DNA of 32,000 nucleotides from Nostoc punctiforme PCC 73102 (GTDB lineage: Bacteria > Cyanobacteriota > Cyanobacteriia > Cyanobacteriales > Nostocaceae). Shown here piece after piece: positions 1-7,324 of the stretch. The stretch covers positions 7,500,001 to 7,532,000 of the forward strand of contig NC_010628.1 in assembly GCF_000020025.1 (NCBI RefSeq), given 5' to 3'. The first letter of the stretch is position 1; each line of letters opens with the position of its first letter. Below the pieces are notes generated by a model. It worked only from the letters and a program-made list of their open reading frames with translations. It had not been told where the DNA came from and did no database searches. Both the position numbers and the translations under genes were made by a program.

Positions 1-1417
1 CTATTAAAAACCTTAGTACGTAAACACGTTCGATTGGTTCTCTTAATCCTAAAATCTCACAGAACTGTTCAATATATCCTGTGACTTTCATGCCGTACTG
101 TTCTATTATTGAGTCACAGTAAGAAGTAACAGCATTGTAATGATAGTTAGTGTTGTTGACTACTATGAAATCTAATACATCCCTCAAGTCTTCAGTGCGT
201 ATATCAATACCGTTTTCTATACCTAGTGGTATTCTTAATGTATTAGGTGTAACATTTTCACTGTTATATATAAAAGTTTCTTTATACACATCCCATTGTA
301 AATTACCTAAGTCAGCTTCTTTAGTAACGATATCTACTAATGCTTCCATTTTCCCACCTTCATTTTTTACGCTAGATTTGTAAGTACTTTTATCTTTGCC
401 AGCTTTTATACTTTTTTTGATTGTGGTACTTATTTCCTTTTCAGGTAGTCCGGTTTCACTAGCAGCATCGAATAGGCTTTCAAAAGCATCATCTTCATCT
501 ATTACGCCTTCCCTTATTGCTCCACCAGCAATAAAACTGGCTTCATTTAATGTGTTGTTGCGACTACCTTCTGTTGCTTTACTTACTTTGTCTATCTGTT
601 TTTGCAATATTGAAGGTATAGTTTTTTCAGATTCTTGAGCATAAACTTTGGCAGGTATCAAGTCTATTACTTCATTCTGATTTCTGTACCTAACACTAGG
701 ATTACAATACGCAAGCTTAACTAGTTGTGGTTCTCCTTTCCTATGAAAAAATCCAGGTAGACGCATTACACGAGGTAAATCATGTACCTTCTTATCTGAT
801 TCGTAGTGGCTAATAATTGACTGTTGGCTAGATTTGAACTGGTTTAGTTTTTCGTTATCTTCCAATAACCAGTAAATATGTCCTTTTTGTATCCCGTTGA
901 CATTGCTAGTATTTACTATGACTGAAGGTTCTAAGTGACAGTGTTCAGGTAATCCATTCTTGTCACAATCAGCGTATAATGCACGAACATAGGTAATATC
1001 TTCAGTTTTTCGTGTATTGCCTGCTGTCTGATTGATAGTAACAAATATGCCAGCATCTTTATTATTTAATTTAACTAGTTCATTTTTACACTCATCAAAA
1101 GCACCATAGAGTTGTCTAGTTAGACTTTCGTCTTTACGTTTCTCATTATCATCAAAAGTTTGGAATAAAAATTTATATTCCTCAAAGTCTGTGAATAAAT
1201 CATTCCCACATAATGCACTTAAAAACTTTTCAGTATCTTCAAAGTTAAATGATGAGTCAGTACCTATATTTTCTTGATAAAATTCTGTAAATTCGTTATA
1301 ATTAGTAACAGTTGAATTGTTCATTGTTTTCATTGTATTGTCATTTTTTGAGTAGTTCATTTGTTTGAGTTCGCCTGTGTAAGTAAAGGGGTCATTTTCT
1401 CTAGGAAATAGTTTCAT
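1..1417 (-). CDS. Replication protein with a RepB'-type primase/PrimPol-like N-domain, a PriCT-like helical domain and the start of a VirE/D5-helicase-like region. It is partial because the C-terminus runs off the window start.
   Basis: This ORF is not in the ORF track. My translation of the minus strand from ATG 1417 is open to base 1 (472 codons, MKLFPRENDPF...), with GGAG 10 nt upstream. Motifs seen: AGIFVTINQTAGNTRKTEDITYVRALYADCD, DLPRVMRLPGFFHRKG (primase core pattern) and TEGSRNNTLNEASFIAGG (PriCT-like GxRNxxL). I checked the frame at several points. Confidence 0.75.
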   Translation of the reverse strand, partial: MKLFPRENDPFTYTGELKQMNYSKNDNTMKTMNNSTVTNYNEFTEFYQENIGTDSSFNFEDTEKFLSALCGNDLFTDFEEYKFLFQTFDDNEKRKDESLTRQLYGAFDECKNELVKLNNKDAGIFVTINQTAGNTRKTEDITYVRALYADCDKNGLPEHCHLEPSVIVNTSNVNGIQKGHIYWLLEDNEKLNQFKSSQQSIISHYESDKKVHDLPRVMRLPGFFHRKGEPQLVKLAYCNPSVRYRNQNEVIDLIPAKVYAQESEKTIPSILQKQIDKVSKATEGSRNNTLNEASFIAGGAIREGVIDEDDAFESLFDAASETGLPEKEISTTIKKSIKAGKDKSTYKSSVKNEGGKMEALVDIVTKEADLGNLQWDVYKETFIYNSENVTPNTLRIPLGIENGIDIRTEDLRDVLDFIVVNNTNYHYNAVTSYCDSIIEQYGMKVTGYIEQFCEILGLREPIERVYVLRFLI

Positions 1418-1694
1418 TTTGTTTTTTCTCCGTTATTAGTAGTCGATTATTGCCTTTAGTTGTGGTTAGCTGAAGGCTATTTCAATTCGTATAAAATCTG
1501 GTGTAAGGAATGTCATTCGCTCGATTAGAAAACCGTTCGTGCTTGTTCTGAGACGCTGTAATAATATTAAGCACAGCGTTCTTTTTATGAAACCTTGTCC
1601 AGTCTTCTAGCACTTGGTTTAGCTTATGTAATATTCCGGGACAATTCGTTTAGTTTTAGTTATCATAAGTCTTTATAGTGTATTTATTCTGATA

Positions 1695-1718
1695 GGGGAT
1701 AATCAGTACTTTATCCCC
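1695..1718 (-). terminator. Hairpin just downstream of the 1729 stop (8-bp stem ggggataa/ttatcccc).
   Basis: The sequence ggggataa-tcagtact-ttatcccc is seen directly. No clear U-tract follows on the minus strand. Confidence 0.3.
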
Positions 1719-1728
1719 AGTAATTACA

Positions 1729-1926
1729 TTAGCTAGTTACCCTACTAGCAGCTAATCTGTCTCTTAGGTCGTTACGCTGTTCATCGGTTAAATTTTTACG
1801 TTTCCTTTTCAAGTCAGTAGCCTTCCTAAACTCTGAAATAGGTACATTACTGAGTGTCAAATTTCTTTCACCCTCAAATAATTTCAGTTGAGTATATTCA
1901 GGGAATTGCTTTAACCAACTATCCAC
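1729..1926 (-). CDS. Hypothetical 65-aa protein with a basic C-terminus. The gene status is doubtful.
   Basis: ORF track. It has a GTG start and no obvious SD. The frame stays open upstream to a TAA near 1990 without an ATG. Confidence 0.3.
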   Translation of the reverse strand: MDSWLKQFPEYTQLKLFEGERNLTLSNVPISEFRKATDLKRKRKNLTDEQRNDLRDRLAASRVTS

Positions 1927-2002
1927 TGTCCATCGATGATTCGACCAACCAGAGACTAAATTTAGGTCATAATCCCAGGTAACATAAGTTTATGTGGGGT
2001 TT

Positions 2003-2194
2003 TTATCCATTAGGTAATCCCTTAAGGTTTATGTCACCTAAATGTACAAATTTATCATCTCCAAGGACTAAAAAAATCACAATCTTAGTCTCTGGAATGT
2101 TTAAAAGCATACCAACATTCGGATACTCTAATTTTTTAGTTTCCTCCAAAGTTAGGTTCCATTCTGCATTCAATATGATAGGATTTTCTAACAC
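2003..2194 (-). CDS. Hypothetical 63-aa protein, translationally coupled to the upstream RHH gene.
   Basis: Its GTG start overlaps the RHH stop (GTGTTAG). AAGGAG lies 8 nt upstream of the GTG. I recognise no family. Confidence 0.5.
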   Translation of the reverse strand: MLENPIILNAEWNLTLEETKKLEYPNVGMLLNIPETKIVIFLVLGDDKFVHLGDINLKGLPNG

Positions 2195-2370
2195 GCTACT
2201 AACTCCTTAGCAGCTTCCAAAGTTTGTAAGTCAGCATTTTTAATAGACCTTAGACCTATTCTTATCAAATCATTCTGGCTTACTCCTAACCTCCGACTTT
2301 CTACTTTTAACAATTGGTTAGTTTCTTCAGAAAATCTGATACTTCTAACTACTGTTTTATTAATTGTCAT
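2188..2370 (-). CDS. Ribbon-helix-helix (CopG/Arc/MetJ-type) DNA-binding protein, 60 aa.
   Basis: The N-terminal strand VVRSIRFSEE followed by helices NQLLKVESRRLGVSQNDLIRIGL is a typical RHH pattern. It is the first gene of the leftward operon. Confidence 0.7.
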   Translation of the reverse strand: MTINKTVVRSIRFSEETNQLLKVESRRLGVSQNDLIRIGLRSIKNADLQTLEAAKELVAC

Positions 2371-2434
2371 AATCGTGTTACATAAAAACTACTATAATAT
2401 AAATATAGCATGAATAAATGAATTATGAAGAACC

Positions 2435-2848
2435 ATGAACATACAAAATTATTTTATACGTAGACATCAATTTAACAGGATGAAAAGGTCAAGGGTAAAA
2501 ACGAATACTATAGAAAATACGCCGCATATTAATAATGGTGTACCAATCGAAGCTAAACCACAAGTTCAAGGTTTAGAGTACAGTTATAGACCATTATTGA
2601 CTACTTTTGCTTTGATGGCAGTACCTTTATTACCTACAACTAACCTCTATTCAGATGAGCCGCCTACAAGAATTGTTGCATTACGTATCAAGGGAAAAAA
2701 CCAACCTTTGACAGATGACGAAAAGAGAGAATTAAGGGATTTTTACAGTTTTGCGAATCGTAAGAATTTACAGCAACAGAAAGAAGACGATGGTTTTAAA
2801 AAGCAGGTTATTGGGGAGTCTTTTAGAACTGTTAGAAAATTGATTTAA
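2435..2848 (+). CDS. Hypothetical 137-aa protein, divergent from the RHH operon and co-oriented with the integrase relic. It is possibly an element regulator.
   Basis: ORF track. A 64-bp divergent gap holds TATAAT-like boxes and four ATGAA repeats (2410, 2418, 2425, 2435). A strong terminator follows. Confidence 0.5.
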   Translation: MNIQNYFIRRHQFNRMKRSRVKTNTIENTPHINNGVPIEAKPQVQGLEYSYRPLLTTFALMAVPLLPTTNLYSDEPPTRIVALRIKGKNQPLTDDEKRELRDFYSFANRKNLQQQKEDDGFKKQVIGESFRTVRKLI

Positions 2849-2851
2849 ATA

Positions 2852-2879
2852 AAACCCCTAGAGTAGTAGCTAGGGGTTT
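2852..2879 (+). terminator. Rho-independent-type hairpin after the 2435..2848 gene.
   Basis: A perfect 10-bp stem, aaacccctag / ctaggggttt, with an 8-nt loop. Confidence 0.6.
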
Positions 2880-3044
2880 ATCAGTTAGAAAATAATTGAA
2901 AGCTTACCGTAACTTTGCTGAGAAGTTATATCTTTTTCACTATGTCTCAAAATTTCACTGAAAAGAATTTTCTGACCTAATTTTAATGCTATATCGTCTT
3001 GTGCTTCTAATTGAGAGTGTGCGTAACGGTAACTTGCAGCATAA

Positions 3045-3257
3045 AACATTTACACACTCAAAGGAATTTACACACTCAAAGGACTGGTTAGACCCAGGCT
3101 GATTATTAGGAAAGTAAACACCAAGGGAAAACTTGCAACTAGGTCAATTCCAGTGATAGAAGATTTGGCGTAAATACTAAGGAATTATTACCCACTAGCA
3201 AGGGGGGATGACTATCTGTTCCCCGGTTGGGGAGAATGGTGTAGAGCTAGAACTTGA
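3045..3257 (+). pseudogene. Tyrosine recombinase (phage-integrase family) internal fragment. It has an in-frame stop and lacks the catalytic C-terminus.
   Basis: One frame reads YTLKGIYTLKGLVRPRLIIRKVNTKGKLATRSIPVIEDLA*ILRNYYPLARGDDYLFPGWGEWCRART*. The pattern K-x-K-x-x-R-x-IP ... L..Y ... YLFPG is typical of the central part of integrases. There is no start codon and no HxxR or catalytic Tyr downstream. Confidence 0.5.
3048..3083. repeat. Perfect tandem duplication, 2 x 18 bp (atttacacactcaaagga), inside the integrase relic.
   Basis: Seen directly. It is in frame and duplicates the peptide YTLKGI. Confidence 0.95.
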
Positions 3258-3542
3258 TAAAAAGCTAGAAATTGATGCTAATAGTCACCATTAGGGATAA
3301 GTGTTTCTGCACACACAAAAACAACAGTAACTCTTACTCCATATATATTAGAGTCTGCAAAGGCTTTGTTAGTTTGAGTTGAATAATAAAATAGTTAGTT
3401 AGCTGCGGAAATACTTATAAAAATAGACACACTGTAAATAAATATTGCAAATAATACCTTATTGATTTACTAACTTCACTCAAAATGGTAGAAAGCGAGT
3501 TGAAAGTTATTTGTAATTACTAATTATAAGACGTTGGTTTAC

Positions 3543-4184
3543 ATGAAAACATCAGATTGGATTACTATTGCAGGTTGGGTCGTTAGTTTTATTTTAGGTT
3601 TAATTGCTTCATTGATTATACAGAATCGAGCCAAAAAGAAGCAGATAATAGCTTGGTCAGTAGTAGGAGAATCCAATATTATAACTAACGAATCTTTTGG
3701 TGGATTTACTGTACCTATAAAAATATTTGTTAATGGTATAGAAGAAAATAATCTTAGTACAGTAAGAGTGAGGGTAGGAAACAAAGGGAATACAGAAATT
3801 ACAAATATTAGGTTAATATTTAAGTTTGGTAGTAAAGCAAATTTATTTAGTGGAGAATTAGTTCAAAACTTAGGTGCTTATGCAGACTGTCTTCATATCA
3901 ATAATCAGGGTAATTCTGCAACTTTAGACATTGACTATATTAATCATAGTTATTTTTTTGATATAGATTTCCTTGTTGGTAAATATGAAATACGTGATAT
4001 TCATGTTGATATGGCAAAGGCAGGAGTTGAACTTATAAAAACAGAATTTACAAGATGGGACTTAGAATTTACGCAAAGTATTATTGATATTCTTAATTCC
4101 AAAGTCTCTACAATAGACACTACATATATTTTGAAAGATATAGTAAATGAATTATCAAAAATTAGACAAATTATGGATAAATAG
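3543..4184 (+). CDS. Membrane-anchored hypothetical protein with an N-terminal TM helix and a soluble domain of about 180 aa.
   Basis: ORF track (TTG at 3534; ATG at 3543 is the more likely start). The TM segment is WITIAGWVVSFILGLIASLII followed by basic NRAKKKQ. I recognise no family. Confidence 0.6.
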   Translation: MKTSDWITIAGWVVSFILGLIASLIIQNRAKKKQIIAWSVVGESNIITNESFGGFTVPIKIFVNGIEENNLSTVRVRVGNKGNTEITNIRLIFKFGSKANLFSGELVQNLGAYADCLHINNQGNSATLDIDYINHSYFFDIDFLVGKYEIRDIHVDMAKAGVELIKTEFTRWDLEFTQSIIDILNSKVSTIDTTYILKDIVNELSKIRQIMDK

Positions 4185-4396
4185 GATTTAGAAATAGAAT
4201 GATACAATAAATTTTAGGACACACTGAACTAAAGACTAAAATTTGTGACCTAAAGGTGTCAAGTATTGGATAAATAAACGCTTGGGGCGATTATGTCGGG
4301 ATACAGGTATTAGACAACATGAAATCGGAACTAGCTCATAATTAGCAATTACCCCTTGTAGTACACTAACGCGGTAATGCAATTTGCATCTTAATA

Positions 4397-4711
4397 TTAA
4401 TTACTAAACAAAATATTTTTAAGTTCGATAAATAGAACTTCTCTCACGCCCGTTTCTTCAAAAATTCTATACTGACATTCTTTTATTAAATCTATAGTAA
4501 CTGGTATATCTATCTTTTCCCCGTCTTTAGATTTTAAACTTATAGAATCATCGTTAATTTGAATTTCTTTGTCCTCAGATTTAGACAATATTGTATTTAA
4601 TATTTCTTCTAAATTTAAAGGGTTATATGGTAAATGCTCTAAACATTTTTTAAGATGTTCATTATTCCAAAGTTCGGTTTTTCTGGTTTTATAATCATAG
4701 ATGTTCATCAA
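4397..4711 (-). CDS. Hypothetical 104-aa protein.
   Basis: ORF track only. AT-rich island codon usage and no recognisable motif. Confidence 0.45.
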   Translation of the reverse strand: MMNIYDYKTRKTELWNNEHLKKCLEHLPYNPLNLEEILNTILSKSEDKEIQINDDSISLKSKDGEKIDIPVTIDLIKECQYRIFEETGVREVLFIELKNILFSN

Positions 4712-4779
4712 AATTCTGTTGATGTTGTTTATAAGAGTCCCTTAATTCCAGCAATATATCATCAAACATTAACGCTAGT

Positions 4780-4860
4780 TGTCCTCACTGTGGAAGTTCA
4801 AGTTTACTTTACAAATTGACAAAAGATACTAGTGTCTAGATTGTAAAAAATGTATGGCTG
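4780..4860 (+). pseudogene. Possible relic of a transposase-type zinc-ribbon N-terminus.
   Basis: CPHCGSSSLLYKLTKDTSV* is followed in another frame by DCKKCMAASKT. This gives CxxC-(x15)-CxxC only if a stop and a frameshift are ignored. No start codon is present. Confidence 0.25.
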
Positions 4861-4995
4861 CTAGCAAAACTATCTGCAAATAATCATCGATTATAAAGAG
4901 TAACTATGAACTTTAAGTAATCTATAAATAATCTCTATGCCTAATCTTTTTTATTAAGGTAATACTGTATTGTAGATAATTCAAAGTAAGATAAA

Positions 4996-5220
4996 ATGAA
5001 AATCGCTTTTGCAGATGTAAAAATTGGTGATGATTTTACTCATAAATCGTCAGATAGAGTCAGAATAAAACTCTCAAATGAAACTTATGGTTTTAGTATG
5101 TCAAATGCAAAAAATATGCTTGAAAATCAGAAAGATTTTAATAAATTTTTTGAAGCTAGATTAGAATCTGAAACACCACTTGCAGAAACATTGGTAGACG
5201 TTAAAGAACCACTTAAATAA
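4996..5220 (+). CDS. Hypothetical 74-aa protein.
   Basis: ORF track. A terminator hairpin follows at 5245..5271. Confidence 0.5.
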   Translation: MKIAFADVKIGDDFTHKSSDRVRIKLSNETYGFSMSNAKNMLENQKDFNKFFEARLESETPLAETLVDVKEPLK

Positions 5221-5244
5221 CCTTGAAACCACAGATGGAAATAT

Positions 5245-5271
5245 CATCCCAAAATCTCTGGGATGTTTTTT
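5245..5271. terminator. Terminator hairpin between two convergent genes.
   Basis: Stem catccca / tgggatg followed by tttttt. It sits between 4996..5220 (+) and 5275..5433 (-). Confidence 0.6.
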
Positions 5272-5274
5272 ACT

Positions 5275-5433
5275 TTAGTTCTTAGATTTTGCACGTAAAA
5301 TTAATATATTAATAACATCGTATATACCTAATACTAAAATTATCAATACATATAATACAAACAATAGCCTCCATACAAAAAATAAAGTAATACCACCTAT
5401 TATTAAACGAGAAAATGACAAACGTTTAAGCAT
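5275..5433 (-). CDS. Small hydrophobic peptide of 52 aa, below the ORF-track size cutoff.
   Basis: My translation is MLKRLSFSRLIIGGITLFFVWRLLFVLYVLIILVLGIYDVINILILRAKSKN*. It has two predicted hydrophobic segments and an ATG start. Confidence 0.4.
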   Translation of the reverse strand: MLKRLSFSRLIIGGITLFFVWRLLFVLYVLIILVLGIYDVINILILRAKSKN

Positions 5434-5641
5434 ATTTAGATTAAATTTTTAAGCACTTAGAATAAAGTAACATTTTTTAATTATCAATACCGCAGTAATT
5501 ATACTAACCAATTGAAAACTAAAAAGCTATTTAAGGAAATATACTCATGGCAAATTAAACTATTTGCTGTTAGTAAAGATTCATAATAATTTTCCATCTT
5601 ATAGATGGGAATACTAAACTGATATCAATAACGAAGTACCC

Positions 5642-5968
5642 ATGTCTGAAGAAATTGCAAAAAGATTACCTTCTGAAATCGAAAAACAATTACCTCCCTG
5701 GTTTGCCTCTAGACTTTTAGATGAAGAATCTTACTACGGCTTACTTACAACTAGTGGCACAATTATTGGAATTAGTGAGATAAGGAAATTTAGCCAGATG
5801 GCTGATGGGTCTATCTGGATGGATGTACTTTTAATAGGAGAAAAGCTACCAGATAATCTTTGCTCTGAGATACCATACTTGGTAACTAAATCTGGATACA
5901 CATCAGCAACAATTAATGTAAGTCAAATCATTGCTGCTTTTGATTTAGGGCATCACCAAGAAAATTAA
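5642..5968 (+). CDS. Hypothetical 108-aa protein.
   Basis: ORF track. A hairpin (agaggt/acctct followed by tttt) lies about 40 nt downstream. Confidence 0.5.
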   Translation: MSEEIAKRLPSEIEKQLPPWFASRLLDEESYYGLLTTSGTIIGISEIRKFSQMADGSIWMDVLLIGEKLPDNLCSEIPYLVTKSGYTSATINVSQIIAAFDLGHHQEN

Positions 5969-6242
5969 AAGTATCTATTAGAGCTAGTTTACAACGTTTG
6001 TAAGAGAGGTCTGACCACCTCTTTTACAGCAAATAGTTACTTACTATGCTCTTTACTTTGGATGTTTCCAGCAAATAGGCAACACCCAAAGGAAGGAATT
6101 TTACAGCTTTAAACGACATCGAAGTAAAAACATCTACGATTGAGTATTTAGCACCTGATTATGATGAGAATATTGACTGTGAGGAATTTAGAGAATATAT
6201 TGTTGTTAACAATGTTGCTCTTATTAGAAATTGTCCTAAAAA

Positions 6243-6593
6243 ATGTCTACGCATAACCCCAAACATCATACTATCGACTTAGATGGAACCATCATTTTAC
6301 ATTCTAAACACTTAGAAAAAATTGTAGAAGTTCACATAAATAAGGAAAAACGACGTTTTTACGGTATAAAGAAAGATGGTTCTGTGATAGAAGATGATGG
6401 TGATTGTGGAAATGATTTTGCTCAACCAGTGATGCTTTATAAAATCTTCTATTGCTTTGAGAATGACACTTGGGGAGTAGGATATCGAATTAAAAATAAG
6501 AAAGTAAGTAAGTGGATAGATGGTTTTAAAACAGCTAGAGAAGCTTGGTTATATAGAGAAGCATTAATTGCTGGTGATATAGCTGAAAGATAG
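6243..6593 (+). CDS. Hypothetical 116-aa protein.
   Basis: ORF track. The C-terminal WGVGYRIKNKKVSKWIDGFKTAREAWLYREALIAG faintly resembles an AP2-like DNA-binding fold, which is weak evidence. An A6 run at the start codon adjoins an upstream open frame. Confidence 0.5.
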   Translation: MSTHNPKHHTIDLDGTIILHSKHLEKIVEVHINKEKRRFYGIKKDGSVIEDDGDCGNDFAQPVMLYKIFYCFENDTWGVGYRIKNKKVSKWIDGFKTAREAWLYREALIAGDIAER

Positions 6594-6922
6594 ATAATTG
6601 TTACTCACCGTTTACGTCTACAGCATTACTCTATCTAGAACGTTCATTATAGATTCTAACTTATGAAAATGACATGATACTTGAAACAAAAAACAAACGC
6701 TGTATAGCTCAACCTAAGAGGAGTTGTTTACTTGAGGATAGCTGCTACCAAAGTTATAGCAGATTTACCTTACATCTTATATTTCATAGTTGTAGTCGTT
6801 AAATAACGCATGGAAAGTAGAAATTAGACATTTTCTAACAGTTATGTCTTCTTATTAATTAGGAGTCCCGTTTCCTTTAGATTCCCTAACAAGCATAAAA
6901 AGTTGGATGAATATATACTCAA

Positions 6923-7244
6923 GTATGTAAGGTATGCAATAACTTGCATACCAAGTGTGCATTATCTGTATCTAGGTGATGTTGGTTTTCTAACGCAAAA
7001 GTACCTACGTAATATTTCGCATAGATTTACGTTTGTTTATACATAAAATAAAAGTATGCAAAATTGAGTTTTTATAATTAGTTAAAATAATAAATTTTTA
7101 AGTTTTAAATGGCTTTAGTGATAATTAGATAAAGGTTTCTTATTTTATATTAAAATCTTATAAATAAATTTAATATGCAACTTCTATGCAACTATGCTGC
7201 TTTGACACGATACTGGTAGAGTACACCTCAGTTATGCAAATAAC
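6923..7244. repeat. Cluster of TATGCAA motifs, including a perfect inverted pair, in the noncoding island end next to tRNA-Pro.
   Basis: Palindrome ggtatgcaa-taac-ttgcatacc at 6931..6952. Further copies at 6923 (gtatgtaa), 7054, 7173, 7184 and 7232 (ttatgcaaataac). Confidence 0.6.
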
Positions 7245-7289
7245 TAAAGACTGTTGAGATATAAGCACTCTAATAGTCAGTGCTTATTG

Positions 7290-7324
7290 AAAAACCTGCT
7301 AGTCATTTTAAAAAGACTAGCAGG
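7290..7324 (-). terminator. Rho-independent terminator downstream of tRNA-Pro.
   Basis: A 10-bp stem, cctgctagtc / gactagcagg, is followed on the minus strand by TTTTT. A second hairpin (aagcact/agtgctt) lies at 7263..7285. Confidence 0.6.

Noticed and set aside
150-638. ORF-track ORFs 150..383 (+) and 396..638 (+).
   Set aside because: They lie antisense to the long open primase/PriCT frame (1..1417, minus strand), which has clear motifs. Their products are low-complexity Ser/Leu/Ile-rich sequences typical of antisense frames.
1729-2194. The idea that 2003..2194 and 1729..1926 are one gene joined by a single (programmed) frameshift.
   Set aside because: I wrote out all three frames around 1985..2010. 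The downstream frame is closed by its own TAA just after the upstream stop, so no single +1 or -1 shift fuses them. Decay or two separate ORFs are more likely.
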